Of a stretch of DNA of 64,000 nucleotides, positions 30,764 through 41,844 are shown in pieces (the stretch's first letter is position 1; every line of letters begins with the position of its first letter). Source of the DNA: an uncultured Desulfosarcina sp. (GTDB taxonomy: Bacteria; Desulfobacterota; Desulfobacteria; Desulfobacterales; Desulfosarcinaceae); contig CAXXWQ010000004.1 in the NCBI GenBank assembly GCA_963674945.2, positions 448,001-512,000 on the forward strand, in the 5' to 3' direction. The notes below the pieces were generated by a model. That model was not told where the DNA came from. It saw nothing but the letters and a program-made list of their open reading frames with translations, and searched no databases. The position numbers were made by a program, and so were the translations under genes.

Positions 30764-31612
30764 ATGGGCAGTACCTATCCAACATCAGTTCACGGCGGCC
30801 ACAGCGGACAATTCTGCTCCCATGCCGAAGGTATGCTCGAAGAGATGGTGCTGACCTACATCGACCACGGTTATCCTTGGGTGGGAATCACCGAGCACAT
30901 GCCGCCCGTTTCAGATGCCTTCCTCTATCCGGAAGAAAAAGCAGCAGGACTAACCGCAAACGACCTTAAGAAACGATTTGCCGACTACATGGTTACCTGC
31001 CGCCGCCTGCAAGTCAAATACGCCGGAGATATCCAAATTTATGTGGGTTTCGAGACCGAGGATTACACCGGCAGCCGGGAATACGCCAAGATGTTGATGC
31101 AAGACTTTGCTCCCGATTATATCGTAGGCAGTCTGCACCACGTGAAAGACCTACCTTTCGATTGTGGGCGAAAAGATTACGAAACGGCGGTCTGCGCATG
31201 CGGAGGGATAGAAGGATTGTACGAACACTACTTTGATCAGCAATACGAGATGATTCAAATCCTGCAACCTGCGGTGGTGGGCCATATGGACATCATCCGA
31301 CTGTATGATCCCGACTATCGTGCCCGGATAGCCAAACCAAACATCTGGAAAAGAGTCGAACGCAATCTCAAACGGATCAAAGAATTGAACCTGATCCTCG
31401 ATTTTAACCTGAGACCGTTGTCAAGGGGAGAAGACGAACCGTACCTGTCCTCATCCATTTTGCATCATGCAGGCAGACTCGGCATCGACATCGTTCCCGG
31501 GGACGACAGCCACAGGGTCTCCGATATTCACAAATACATGGATCGTGCCATTGAACTGCTGAAGAAAGCCGGACTGCCGACGGATTGGAAACGACCGACG
31601 GACGATTTGTGA
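30764..31612 (+). CDS. hisK: Histidinol-phosphatase, PHP (HisJ/HisK) family
   Basis: HGGHSGQFCSHA, ITEHMP, GSLHH, GHMD and GDDSH. Confidence 0.8.
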   Translation: MGSTYPTSVHGGHSGQFCSHAEGMLEEMVLTYIDHGYPWVGITEHMPPVSDAFLYPEEKAAGLTANDLKKRFADYMVTCRRLQVKYAGDIQIYVGFETEDYTGSREYAKMLMQDFAPDYIVGSLHHVKDLPFDCGRKDYETAVCACGGIEGLYEHYFDQQYEMIQILQPAVVGHMDIIRLYDPDYRARIAKPNIWKRVERNLKRIKELNLILDFNLRPLSRGEDEPYLSSSILHHAGRLGIDIVPGDDSHRVSDIHKYMDRAIELLKKAGLPTDWKRPTDDL

Positions 31613-31687
31613 TGCGGTCCGGGAATGGATCCTGCTTGATGACGATGATTCAAGTGCATTGAGCAAAGAAAGTTAGATATGCACCCC

Positions 31688-31716
31688 TTGACAGCCAAAA
31701 CGAATTTTCTTAGACT
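31688..31716 (+). promoter_or_regulatory. sigma70-type promoter
   Basis: TTGACA-17bp-TAGACT upstream of the YcbK-like gene. Confidence 0.6.
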
Positions 31717-31849
31717 CCTTTTGAGATAGGATAAGAGTGCCGATAAACAATAAAAAAGGGAAAGCGAGGATGGATTTTGAAGTCTCCTCGTCTCTCCTGA
31801 TATCCTGGGGCCATCGGGCATTTTTATCAACGAAAAGGACAACCGGGAA

Positions 31850-32416
31850 ATGAATCATCGTTTTTCCTCTTTAATACACCGTCGCAAATTTCTTAAGATG
31901 GGTGCGTCCGTTCTACTGGCAGCCCTATCCCCTCCTGTTCCATCCTTTGCATTCGAAGGTATCAGTCAGTACGAACGTAATACCTTGTCATTTTTCAACA
32001 CCCATACAAAAGAAGCATTGCGCACTTCTTACCGATCCCATGGCAAGCTGATCCCCAATTCCCTCGATCGAATCAATTATATTCTGCGAGATCATCGGAC
32101 CGGTGAAATCAGATCCATCGACGTCGCCCTGTTGGACCTTCTCCATGATATCGTCTGGAAAATCGATCCCTACGCTCCCATCCACATCATCTCCGGATAC
32201 AGGTCTCCGCGCACAAATGAGGCCTTGAGAAGAGTAACCTCCGGTGTCGCCCGTAACAGTTTTCACTTGAAGGGAAGGGCCATTGATATTCGCATTCCTG
32301 GGTGCAGGACACGCGAACTGCGGCAAATGGCAGTCGATTGTAACGTCGGAGGGGTCGGCTATTACGCCAAATCGGACTTCGTTCATTTGGATACCGGCCC
32401 AATAAGGATTTGGTAG
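31850..32416 (+). CDS. YcbK/MepK (DUF882) peptidase M15 family protein, Tat-exported
   Basis: RRKFLK Tat signal, LRDHRTG, ISGYRSP.TN, SFHLKGRAIDI and FVHLDTG. Confidence 0.9.
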   Translation: MNHRFSSLIHRRKFLKMGASVLLAALSPPVPSFAFEGISQYERNTLSFFNTHTKEALRTSYRSHGKLIPNSLDRINYILRDHRTGEIRSIDVALLDLLHDIVWKIDPYAPIHIISGYRSPRTNEALRRVTSGVARNSFHLKGRAIDIRIPGCRTRELRQMAVDCNVGGVGYYAKSDFVHLDTGPIRIW

Positions 32417-32541
32417 CATCGCTTTTCTTCTTGTTCATGCAAGCTGTCTGTGTTCGATACAAAAAAGAAATGCTGCATCTTTTTGAAGATTCACGGCAAG
32501 ACGATTTGAGATACATCATTATTTTCTGATATTCTGGCAGC

Positions 32542-32570
32542 TTGACATTTATTTCATCTTCCATTATGTT
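32542..32570 (+). promoter_or_regulatory. sigma70-type promoter
   Basis: TTGACA-17bp-TATGTT, about 260 bp upstream of the basic protein gene. Confidence 0.5.
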
Positions 32571-32832
32571 TGTTCTCATAATGTGTGTTGCGGCGTCGGT
32601 AGCGAACATACTCATCTGATGGCTTAGAACAAAGTCTGGTCCTTGTGCACTATTCTCAATCCGGCAACGCCCACGAAACCAAGAGCCTGGTACCTTATAT
32701 TTAGAATTTGACCGAGACAATGCTTCCGAAAGGATCCATCGGTGAACCGCTTAACCGGGCGGCGTCTCGTTTTCTAATATACTTGGGAAATTGTAGGCCA
32801 TCACAAACCTTTTGACATGGAGGACTCAGATT

Positions 32833-33183
32833 ATGAAAAAAGCTACGAAAGATCTGAAGACAATTGCCAATCAGCTCACCAAACTGGCAGCGAAGATGGA
32901 GAGCATGGCGGCGGCAATGGGAGATAAGCCGGCTCCGAAGACTGCCAAGAAACGGGCGGGTCGAGTGGCGAAGAAAAAAGCCGCGCCGAAAGGCAGATCC
33001 CTTACGCCCACCGATCAGGTGCTCACCATTATGAAGCGCTATAAGAAGGGACTCACCGTAGGAGACCTGCGTGGGAAATCGGGTTTCTCCGAGAAACAGA
33101 TCAGTAATATCGTCCATCGTGCCTGTAAAAAAGGAAAAATGAAACGCGTGGGCCGTGGTGTTTACTCGGTGGTCGGTCTTTAG
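32833..33183 (+). CDS. Small Lys/Ala-rich basic protein with probable C-terminal winged HTH
   Basis: RBS GGAGG; N-terminal amphipathic helix, KTAKKRAGRVAKKKAAPK linker, and ...ISNIVHRACKKGKMKRVGRGVY wing. Confidence 0.75.
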   Translation: MKKATKDLKTIANQLTKLAAKMESMAAAMGDKPAPKTAKKRAGRVAKKKAAPKGRSLTPTDQVLTIMKRYKKGLTVGDLRGKSGFSEKQISNIVHRACKKGKMKRVGRGVYSVVGL

Positions 33184-33239
33184 TCTGATTCGGCGAGATT
33201 TCATCCATTGTGCGAGAACCGGTCAAGGAGATTGTAGAA

Positions 33240-33443
33240 ATGGCGAACGGCGTTGTGAAATGGTTCAATGACAAGAAAGGATTTGGGTTTATCGAACAGG
33301 AGGATGGGCAAGGAGACATCTTCGTACACTTTTCTTCCATCAAGGCAGAGGGATTCAAAAGCCTCTCCGAAGGAGACCGCGTCACCTTCGACATAGAAGA
33401 AACCGACCGTGGTCCTGCAGCCGCCAACGTTATAAAGGTGTAA
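33240..33443 (+). CDS. csp: Cold shock protein
   Basis: [13 protein letters not shown] and DIFVHFS (RNP1/RNP2). Confidence 0.95.
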   Translation: MANGVVKWFNDKKGFGFIEQEDGQGDIFVHFSSIKAEGFKSLSEGDRVTFDIEETDRGPAAANVIKV

Positions 33444-33468
33444 GTGGAAAGCGATTTGGCTTTTACGA

Positions 33469-33507
33469 CCAAAACGGCATCCTAAAGAAAATAGGATGCC
33501 GTTTTGG
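33469..33507. terminator. Hairpin, probable bidirectional terminator between csp and gdhA
   Basis: Perfect 16-bp stem CCAAAACGGCATCCTA / TAGGATGCCGTTTTGG between convergent genes. Confidence 0.75.
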
Positions 33508-33577
33508 CGTTATACATCCTAGCAGAGAAAAGCGAACAGCGAATCGCCAAATGCGAACCGCTTGCCTGGGGTATGCC

Positions 33578-34927
33578 CTATACGACACCCTGGTCGATCA
33601 TGGCATCCACCACCTTGACAAAACCGGCGATGTTGGCGCCGTCCATGTAATTTCCCGTTGTCCCATATTGCCGGGCCGCATCCAGACAGGTCTGATGGAT
33701 ACTCTTCATGATCATCTGCAGCCGTTTGTCCACCTCCTCCCGGGTCCAGGAGAGTCGCATGCTGTTTTGGGTCATCTCCAATCCCGATACCGACACACCT
33801 CCCGCGTTTGCGGCTTTTCCCGGTCCGTACAATATCTTGCTATCGACGAAGATGTCGATGCCTCCCGGTACGGTGGGCATGTTGGCTCCCTCGCAGACCA
33901 GATAAACCCCGTTGCTGACCAGATTTTGTGCATCCTTTTCGTTGATCTCGTTTTGCGTGGCCGATGGGAAGGCGCAGTGGGCCTTGTGATTCCAGAGCGG
34001 ATTGAAATCCTTACTTGGATCCACTTCCTGGTAGACCGCGGCCGGGTACTTCTCGACATATTCTTTTACCCTTCCTCGCCGCACATTCTTCAAATTCTTC
34101 AGATAGGCCAGTTTCTCCCGGTCGATTCCCGATTCATCGAAAATATATCCCGATGAATCGCTACAGGTCACTGGCTTTGCCTTTAGGTCCAGCAGTTTCT
34201 CTAACGTATACTGCGCGACGTTTCCGGAACCCGAAACCAGACAAATCTTGTTCTCCAGGGTCTCGTCTCGCGTCGCCAGCATTTCCGCGGCAAAGTAGAC
34301 CGACCCGTATCCCGTTGCTTCGGGCCGGATCAGGCTTCCTCCCCAGTTAAGGCTCTTTCCCGTGAGCACACCGGTAAACTCGTTTTTCAATCGTTTGTAC
34401 ATACCAAACAGATAGCCGATTTCTCTGGCACCGACGCCGATATCACCGGCGGGGATATCCGTATTGGGTCCGATGTGGCGATACAGTTCAATCATAAAAC
34501 TCTGGCAGAACCGCATTACTTCCAGATCGGATTTCCCCTTTGGATCGAAGTCGGAACCGCCCTTTCCACCGCCCATGGGCAACGTCGTCAGGGCGTTTTT
34601 AAAAACCTGCTCGAAAGCCAGGAACTTTAAAATACTCAGGTTCACCGAAGGATGAAAGCGCAGGCCTCCCTTATAGGGTCCGATGGCGCTGTTCATTTCG
34701 ATCCGAAAACCGCGGTTGACCTGAACCTGCCCTTGATCGTCCACCCAGGGCACCCGAAAGATGATCACCCGTTCCGGCTCCACCAGCCGCTCGAGTATTT
34801 TCGCGGCACGGTACTCCGGATTCTGATCCAAAACCGGCTTGATGGATGCCACGACTTCCATGACCGCCTGGTGAAATTCCCGCTCTTGTGGATCCCTGTC
34901 CTTGATCCGTTGAAGAATGTCTGCCAT
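33578..34927 (-). CDS. gdhA: NADP-type glutamate dehydrogenase
   Basis: GPYKGGLRFHPSV, MGGGKGGSDFDPKG, RPEATGYG, SGSGNVAQY and GKAANAGGV. Confidence 0.97.
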   Translation of the reverse strand: MADILQRIKDRDPQEREFHQAVMEVVASIKPVLDQNPEYRAAKILERLVEPERVIIFRVPWVDDQGQVQVNRGFRIEMNSAIGPYKGGLRFHPSVNLSILKFLAFEQVFKNALTTLPMGGGKGGSDFDPKGKSDLEVMRFCQSFMIELYRHIGPNTDIPAGDIGVGAREIGYLFGMYKRLKNEFTGVLTGKSLNWGGSLIRPEATGYGSVYFAAEMLATRDETLENKICLVSGSGNVAQYTLEKLLDLKAKPVTCSDSSGYIFDESGIDREKLAYLKNLKNVRRGRVKEYVEKYPAAVYQEVDPSKDFNPLWNHKAHCAFPSATQNEINEKDAQNLVSNGVYLVCEGANMPTVPGGIDIFVDSKILYGPGKAANAGGVSVSGLEMTQNSMRLSWTREEVDKRLQMIMKSIHQTCLDAARQYGTTGNYMDGANIAGFVKVVDAMIDQGVV

Positions 34928-37900
34928 CAGTTATCCTCCTGTTTATCATCATGGTTAAAGTGGTCCGACTTCAACTTACCTTTCAAGATCACACAGACAG
35001 ACCGCCTGCCATCCACCTTGAGGGTCAAGGGTTCTTCGAGTCGAACATGGGCAACATAGGTCGAATCGTTTTTCCGTGGCAGGCGGTCCAGCCACTCCCA
35101 GTCGAGTTTGCCTCCCTCGGCCTTGAAAACGGTAATATAATGAATTCCCAACGTGGTGATGTTGTGGAAGAAATGAGATCCTTGGGATGGTTCGGCGTTG
35201 ATATGATCCGACTCCGTTTCGATAATCGCACCGACGCCTGAAATATCCGCCCAGGAGACGGGAATTCCCAACCAGCGATCCGCCGATCCCCATCTCCCCG
35301 GTCCCACAAGCAAGTACTTCCGATTCTCCCTGACCAACTGGCTGTTGAATTTTGCAATTTGTCCTGCAATCCCGACAGATTTTGATGGATCGAATTGGTC
35401 GGGCTTGACAAAGACGATATCGGCCATTTCCCGGTTGTTGACGTTTCCCAGTGCCCTTTCCGAGAAGCAAAAGGCATCTTCTTTGTCCGACTCTTGAATG
35501 TTCACCTGCTCCAATTCCGCCCTTGCAGTCATTGGTCGCAGTTGAAGAACCGCGAATTGGGAATCGGAACCGCTTTTTTCGGCCAGATTGACAGAGAACT
35601 CCATTTCAACGGGACAGCCCATTCCCCATTCCCCCAGTTCCAATAGATCTCGAATGATGCCGGGCATTGGGATTTCCCCGTATTTTACGATACGGGCAAA
35701 CGTTAAAATCCGCGGACCGTCAATGTGTACGGTATCTCGGATACGATGCTCCTCCGGGATATATGTACTGGCAAGAAAACGGCAGGGAGGCTCCTCCTGT
35801 GCATCGGCCACCTCCCTCTTCCACAAATTTGCACGGTCATCGGTTTCCAATGGTTGGCACGAGCCATCCATTTTCAGGCAATAGAATTTGCGCTGGGCAT
35901 TTTCAAGAATATCTTCCACTGTCGATCTTTGGGGGAGCAACTGTGGGTGAACCGGTGAAAACCGGAGGGTCTTCTCACCTTCGACGACGGCTTTCCCGAG
36001 CCCCATGGCAATCGTTACGATCCCCTCCGTGGGTTTCATTCGTGCAAAGGGATAATAATTGTAGGACTGGGCGACGCCGGAAACGGCGGGATAGAAACTG
36101 TTATCCTGTCTCGTCCCCACAAGTTGCTGAATCATCACCGCCATCTGCTCCTCTTCTGTCCTGTGGCCAACCCGCCTGGAAAAGGACTTGGGCCCCCTAT
36201 AGTAAGTCGATGCGTAGACCAGTTTAATGGCTTTGATGAGGTGATCAAGACGGCAATCGGACGCTGTAGCGTCGTTTGGAATCATATAGGTCCGATAGAG
36301 GCCGGCATATGCTTTGAACTGGGCGTCCTCTAACAGACTGGATGACCGGACGGCGAGCGGATATGTCACGTGTGCCAGATACGCTTCCAGTTTCTCTTCG
36401 ATCCAGGCAGGAATCTTGCCACATACGAATCGTTCGGCGACCTTCTCATCGGGGAGATCCGTGTTGGCCAGGTATCGCAGCCGGTTTTCTTCAACAAAAC
36501 TTTCAAACCCGTCTGTAGTGATCACCAGGGTCTGTGGGATCATGATGCGAACGCCTTCGTATTTATCTTCCAATTGCCGGTGCTGGCGTAATAGGGAGGC
36601 AACAAAGGCCAGTCCCCTCGCCTTTCCACCCAATGAACCTTTTCCGATCTTAAAATACGCGGTGTCGAAATCGGCGTCGGATGCTTCGAAATCGGCGACA
36701 ATTCCCTGCTGTCGACGCTTTCGACGCGCTGCAATGACTTCGATCAGATGACGCCGGTGATGTGCGCTATTGGCGAAATCATTTTCTGCCATGGGCCTCA
36801 ATTCGGCGGCCAGGGCAAATTCCGTACGGGCGAACAACCATCGTGAGAAATCGTTGCGATTGCAATGACGGTGAAAGGAGGCTTCGGGTATCGTACGCAG
36901 CCCATGTTCCAATGCCTTCAAATTGGAGGCGCGGCCGATTTCAGAGCCATCGGGATTTCGAAAGACGAAGTCTCCGAACCCCAGTTCCTCTGTAATGAAT
37001 CGGCGCACATCCCGAACGAGGGTGTCGGAATTCTTGTCAACAAATGCCGCGGGGATAGCCATCGCCTCTCGGGCATTTTCCGGCTCCGAACTGGTAAGGA
37101 GAAGCGGAATATCCGATCGCCGACTTCGTACGGTGTCGAGAAAATCCACACCGGCCCTATGGTTCAAGGCGCCTTCTCGATAAAACCGGACGTCACAGAT
37201 AACGCCGAGAACATAGGATTCGTAGCGCTCATATATTTTTACTGCCTCCTCGTAATCTCCGGCAATCAAAATTTTGGGACGCGCCCGCATGGTCAGGAGT
37301 CGATGCTCTTCGTTGAGGGTTCCCTCCATGACCGCCTGGGTCTGAACGACCAATTCCCGGTATACAATGGGCAGCAGAGAAGAGAGGTAATAGGGAGAGT
37401 CCTCCACCAAAAGGATGATACGCGTCCCGGCGGACTTTGTATCCGCTTCCACGTTCATCCGATCCTCCACGCTTTTGATCAATGCCACCAGTATGTCTGT
37501 GTTGCCAGACCACACGAAATTGCAATCAATCCCGGGGACTTTGGCAGAGATATCCATGTCGGGCGAAGGAATGACATCATGGGATAGCAGGAGGACCGGC
37601 AACGAAGGGGATCTTGCCTTGATTCGAAGCCACAGGTCGGGACTTTTCGAATCGGACGGTCTTGGCATGGCAATGACCATGTCGAAATGTTCGCGATCCA
37701 TGGCATCAAAGGCCTGCTGCCCTGTGGCGACCCATGTCAGTCTCGGCGGTCGGCTCAGATTGAGGCCCCGATATTCATTTACGATGCGTTCGGACAGCCG
37801 GCAGTCTTCTTCCATAACCCAGGCATCATAAGGTGTGGAGATCAGGAGGATGTGATTTACCTTACGGGCCATCAACTCGTGGAATCGCTTGAATCGGGAA

Positions 37901-37938
37901 TCGGATTCTGTAAAAAAAGGGTGAGTGTCCCATGCCAT
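34927..37938 (-). CDS. PEP synthase/PPDK nucleotide-binding domain protein with N-terminal receiver-like domains
   Basis: GSLGGKARGLAF, AVRSSSLLED, GLGKAVVEG and GPGRWGS; TGATG overlap with gdhA. Confidence 0.85.
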   Translation of the reverse strand: MAWDTHPFFTESDSRFKRFHELMARKVNHILLISTPYDAWVMEEDCRLSERIVNEYRGLNLSRPPRLTWVATGQQAFDAMDREHFDMVIAMPRPSDSKSPDLWLRIKARSPSLPVLLLSHDVIPSPDMDISAKVPGIDCNFVWSGNTDILVALIKSVEDRMNVEADTKSAGTRIILLVEDSPYYLSSLLPIVYRELVVQTQAVMEGTLNEEHRLLTMRARPKILIAGDYEEAVKIYERYESYVLGVICDVRFYREGALNHRAGVDFLDTVRSRRSDIPLLLTSSEPENAREAMAIPAAFVDKNSDTLVRDVRRFITEELGFGDFVFRNPDGSEIGRASNLKALEHGLRTIPEASFHRHCNRNDFSRWLFARTEFALAAELRPMAENDFANSAHHRRHLIEVIAARRKRRQQGIVADFEASDADFDTAYFKIGKGSLGGKARGLAFVASLLRQHRQLEDKYEGVRIMIPQTLVITTDGFESFVEENRLRYLANTDLPDEKVAERFVCGKIPAWIEEKLEAYLAHVTYPLAVRSSSLLEDAQFKAYAGLYRTYMIPNDATASDCRLDHLIKAIKLVYASTYYRGPKSFSRRVGHRTEEEQMAVMIQQLVGTRQDNSFYPAVSGVAQSYNYYPFARMKPTEGIVTIAMGLGKAVVEGEKTLRFSPVHPQLLPQRSTVEDILENAQRKFYCLKMDGSCQPLETDDRANLWKREVADAQEEPPCRFLASTYIPEEHRIRDTVHIDGPRILTFARIVKYGEIPMPGIIRDLLELGEWGMGCPVEMEFSVNLAEKSGSDSQFAVLQLRPMTARAELEQVNIQESDKEDAFCFSERALGNVNNREMADIVFVKPDQFDPSKSVGIAGQIAKFNSQLVRENRKYLLVGPGRWGSADRWLGIPVSWADISGVGAIIETESDHINAEPSQGSHFFHNITTLGIHYITVFKAEGGKLDWEWLDRLPRKNDSTYVAHVRLEEPLTLKVDGRRSVCVILKGKLKSDHFNHDDKQEDN

Positions 37939-38138
37939 GGGTGCGTCAACCTCCCATCGGATGAGCGGGTCACAGGTGCGGTGGAAACTTTTTTTCGTTG
38001 AGGACGATCACGGTCCGACAGACGGGTCCGTCAATCGCTTCTATCTGTTGCGTATCCTATCAGAATTCACGATGAAAGGAAACCATTGCTCTCGAACCAC
38101 ATAGCAGGTGAAGTACGTTGGGATCTTACTTGTCGAAT

Positions 38139-38217
38139 GGGGACAGCGAGGGACGATAGAAGAGGGATGAAAAGGTACGTTCTGTATCGTCCCTCGTCCT
38201 TCATTCTTCGTCCCTCA
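38139..38217. repeat. Inverted degenerate heptamer arrays (GAGGGAC / GTCCCTC)
   Basis: GAGGGACGATAGAAGAGGGATG followed by TCGTCCCTCGTCCTTCATTCTTCGTCCCTC. Confidence 0.55.
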
Positions 38218-38321
38218 TTTTCAAACCCACTATACCATCGTGATTAAAATAGGCGATAATTAAAAACAAAAAGATCTAATGGGGTCACTCAGATGGACCA
38301 GGTTATTGTTTCGGCAGACGT

Positions 38322-41228
38322 TCATCGGGAGCGGGAGAGAAAGCGGGTGAGTTCATCTTTTACTATTTCGAACGCATTTTCGATAGTATCGATCATTTTC
38401 TCATAATTCTGGCGCTCACCGGGCGTAAGCGGTTGGAGTTCCTTGTGGGTCTCTTCTTCAAGAGCCAGGCATGCCTTTGAAAATCGGGTGGCCCCGAGCA
38501 TACCACCGTTTGACTTGAGACTGTGGGCGATCCGGTGCACGGTCTCGGTATCGTTTTGACACAACGCATCCCGGAGCAATTGAATCTGCTGGGGAACCCG
38601 ATCGAAGAATTTATTGATCATCGACGGCAAAAAATCCTTTTTCCCGACGGCATCGAAAACCTTGTACTGCTCCAGCACCGATTCCTCCAGCACAGCATCC
38701 GTATCTCCAATGAATCTCTCTTCGGTGGATACACCATCGGGTTTGGACGGTGCCACAGTCTCATCATCATCGCTTCCAAGATACTTTTCCAGGATCACCT
38801 TGAGTTGATCGACGGTGAAGGGTTTGCTGAGATAGTCGTTCATCCCGGCGGCCTTGCATCGGTTTTCATCCCCACGCATGGCATGGGCGGTCAGTGCGAC
38901 GATGGGGATGCCTTTTTTGTGACCATCTCCATGAGCCTCCAATTGTCGGATCTTCTCAGTGGCTTCATATCCGTCCATCTCCGGCATCTGGCAATCCATG
39001 AAGATCAGGTCATACGCCCTTTCTTGGATGGCTGTCAGGGCATCTTTTCCGTTGTGGGCGAAGTCGGCCTTGCAGCCCAAGATCTCAAGTGCCGATTGGG
39101 CAAATTCACGGTTGATTTCATTGTCCTCGACCAGAAGAATGCGTGCATCGGTTTTAATTCTCGAAGGTACATCGACCGATGGTTTCCGATCCAATGAGAT
39201 CGTCGTCTGTTTCTTTTCCACGATGGAAAGCAGACAATTCAACATGGAAGATGCGCGGATGGGCTTGTTCAGCTCGGAATCGAAAGGCATGTCCTGTTCT
39301 TGATGATCATTGGTGACGCCCACGGAAGTAAGACCCACAAGACAAGTGGCGGCCAGATCCGGTTCGGACCGAATTTGTCTTGCCAGCGCAAAGCCATTCA
39401 TTGTCGGCATTACCTCGTCGATCAACGCAATATCAAATGGTCCGTTCTCCTTTCTTGCCGACCGGAGAATGGCCAAGGCCTCTTTTCCTGTCTCTGCCAC
39501 GACCAGATTTACCTTCCAGAGAGATAGATAGTAAGAGATGATCTCACGACTGGACCGGTTATCCTCGACGAGCAGAATCTTCGTTCCGGACAGACATCCA
39601 CGCCATGGATCGTCTGGACGTTTCAATTCACCGGCAATTTCCAGCTCCAGTGAAAAGGAAAAGGTGGAACCCTTTCCATAAACGCTCTCGACAACGAGTC
39701 CTGCTCCCATCATGCTGGCCAACTGGCGGGTAATGGCCAAACCCAAACCGGTTCCCCCATGCTTGCGGGACATGGATTCGTCGACCTGGGAAAAGGGATC
39801 GAAGATCGCGTCCAATTTATCTTTTGGGATGCCGATGCCGGTGTCCGTAACTTCCATTCGCAAAATACATTTGCCATCGGCAATGGTCTTGACCCAAAGC
39901 CGGAAGACCACCTCTCCATCGAATGTGAATTTGACCGCATTGCCCATCAGGTTGATGAGGATCTGGCGGATGCGATCCGGATCTCCCCACACCGCGACAG
40001 GAACGTTCGGATCGACGAAGCATGCCAGCTCCAGTCCCTTGGCATGGGCAGTCGTGGAAAACATTTCCATGGTCTCTTCTACCAGTGATCGCAAATTCAC
40101 CTTGACCTTTGCCAAAGTGAGGGCCTTGGCCTCGATCTTGGAGAAGTCCAGGATGTCGTTGATGAGGCCCAGAAGGGATTTTCCCGATTGCTGAACCGTT
40201 TCGGCCAAATGACGCTGACGCTCGGAAAGTTCCGTGGCCATGAGCAGTTCCGTCATTCCCAGCACACCGTTCATGGGTGTCCGGATCTCGTGGCTCATGT
40301 TGGCCAAAAATTGGGATTTGGCGCGGTTGGCTGCCTCGGCATCGTCCTTGGCTTTGGAAAGCATCGATATCGTCTCTTCCAGTTCACGGTTGGCACGGGT
40401 CAGATCGGCAGTTCGGCTGTCCACCTCTCCCTGAAGATTGATACGATGATCTTCCAGCTCGCGGTCGCGATCGGCAATCTGCTCCAGCATGTTGTTGAAA
40501 CCATCGTAAAGCTCACCCAATTCGTCTCTGGAAAATTTATCGACCCGCAGAGCGTAGTCCTTTTGATCGCCAACCGTTTTCATGGAACGCGAAAGGTGCA
40601 GAATCGGGGCGGTGATGATGCCCTGGAACCGCTTGGCGAGTAAAAAGGAAAACCCACATGCCGCCAGTAAAAAAATCGCCGTGATGATCAGCTGCTCGGT
40701 GAAACTCTTTTCGAGTTGCCGATAGTCACTTCGAATCCATATGCGGCCAATCCGTTCCCCATCGAATCGAATCTCTTCGACGACGTCAAGGTAGTCATCG
40801 ACATAGGGGATGCCTTCGGTAATCTCGGAGAAAAACGTGTCGAGTTCCCCGGAGGTCGATTTTTGGGGAAAGGACGGAAACGAAGACGCACCGGCACCCT
40901 TTCCCTCCCTTCGATAACAGGCGAACGGTGAATCTTGGGCTCCATAGACGCATGCAAACAATACGGACTCGGCGGTGTTGAGTCCACCCAGGGCGTCTTT
41001 GGCGGATTGGGCATCGTTGAACACAAGGGACGCCTCGCAGTTGGTGCCCATCACCTTGGCCAATGTGGAAATCTCGGCCCGGACGACTTTCCTTCCGTGG
41101 TACACCTGATATACCATGAATCCCAGGACCGTCATAATCAGCACCACTGTGGTGACCGTGACCATGATCAGAGTCAGTTTTCGCGTAATGGGATAATCAC
41201 GCAGCGGTATATGGAATATGCTTCTCAT
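38322..41228 (-). CDS. Hybrid sensor histidine kinase (periplasmic sensor, HAMP, HisKA/HATPase, two REC, HPt)
   Basis: [43 protein letters not shown] and AHSLKS. Confidence 0.93.
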   Translation of the reverse strand: MRSIFHIPLRDYPITRKLTLIMVTVTTVVLIMTVLGFMVYQVYHGRKVVRAEISTLAKVMGTNCEASLVFNDAQSAKDALGGLNTAESVLFACVYGAQDSPFACYRREGKGAGASSFPSFPQKSTSGELDTFFSEITEGIPYVDDYLDVVEEIRFDGERIGRIWIRSDYRQLEKSFTEQLIITAIFLLAACGFSFLLAKRFQGIITAPILHLSRSMKTVGDQKDYALRVDKFSRDELGELYDGFNNMLEQIADRDRELEDHRINLQGEVDSRTADLTRANRELEETISMLSKAKDDAEAANRAKSQFLANMSHEIRTPMNGVLGMTELLMATELSERQRHLAETVQQSGKSLLGLINDILDFSKIEAKALTLAKVKVNLRSLVEETMEMFSTTAHAKGLELACFVDPNVPVAVWGDPDRIRQILINLMGNAVKFTFDGEVVFRLWVKTIADGKCILRMEVTDTGIGIPKDKLDAIFDPFSQVDESMSRKHGGTGLGLAITRQLASMMGAGLVVESVYGKGSTFSFSLELEIAGELKRPDDPWRGCLSGTKILLVEDNRSSREIISYYLSLWKVNLVVAETGKEALAILRSARKENGPFDIALIDEVMPTMNGFALARQIRSEPDLAATCLVGLTSVGVTNDHQEQDMPFDSELNKPIRASSMLNCLLSIVEKKQTTISLDRKPSVDVPSRIKTDARILLVEDNEINREFAQSALEILGCKADFAHNGKDALTAIQERAYDLIFMDCQMPEMDGYEATEKIRQLEAHGDGHKKGIPIVALTAHAMRGDENRCKAAGMNDYLSKPFTVDQLKVILEKYLGSDDDETVAPSKPDGVSTEERFIGDTDAVLEESVLEQYKVFDAVGKKDFLPSMINKFFDRVPQQIQLLRDALCQNDTETVHRIAHSLKSNGGMLGATRFSKACLALEEETHKELQPLTPGERQNYEKMIDTIENAFEIVKDELTRFLSRSR

Positions 41229-41231
41229 GGT

Positions 41232-41792
41232 TTATTCAATAACAAATGTGGCCAGTTTCAACAACTGGGCACGGATAACAATGGATTTGTCAGACGCCGC
41301 GTTCCGGTTGATGGCAAACCGCATCTTGTTTCCCACTTTGATCAACTCGATCATGCCGCCCAACCTGGCAAAACCCGACATATCACTCACCGTTAAGACG
41401 GGATGTCCCTTTGCCGATGCCAAAACCGCCTTTACGTCGTCCAGCTCAGCATGCAAGACATAGAGCAGTTGACAATCGGCAATCTCCTTAAAATTGGTGA
41501 TGTAACGCACGATGATCGTTCGGCCGGCCACCTGTTTTCCGTCAATGGAGGCTATTGCCCGGCCTACGTGGTCGGCCACGTCTTCGGCGGCGTATATTCC
41601 GATGATCAGCTCTTTCGAATCGCATTGGTCCGTCCGGCAGGGCGGCCACTCCACAAATTTCGTGAAGTTATACACGAACGCCGCCTTAACCAGATACTCA
41701 TTCAAGGGGTCATCGGCGGATGCTTTCGGTACCACTCCGATAAAAAGGAGCAGCATCAAGAAAATCGTAATTTTATGACAAAAACGATGCAT
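41232..41792 (-). CDS. YfiR family periplasmic protein
   Basis: EYLVKAAFVYNFTKFVEWP, CQLLYV, VLTVSD, GGMIEL and RFAIN...AQLLKLA. Confidence 0.9.
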   Translation of the reverse strand: MHRFCHKITIFLMLLLFIGVVPKASADDPLNEYLVKAAFVYNFTKFVEWPPCRTDQCDSKELIIGIYAAEDVADHVGRAIASIDGKQVAGRTIIVRYITNFKEIADCQLLYVLHAELDDVKAVLASAKGHPVLTVSDMSGFARLGGMIELIKVGNKMRFAINRNAASDKSIVIRAQLLKLATFVIE

Positions 41793-41844
41793 GTACGAAA
41801 GCGTTCCTAAAATCGTTCGTTTACGCGTGACGGTATCACCACGG

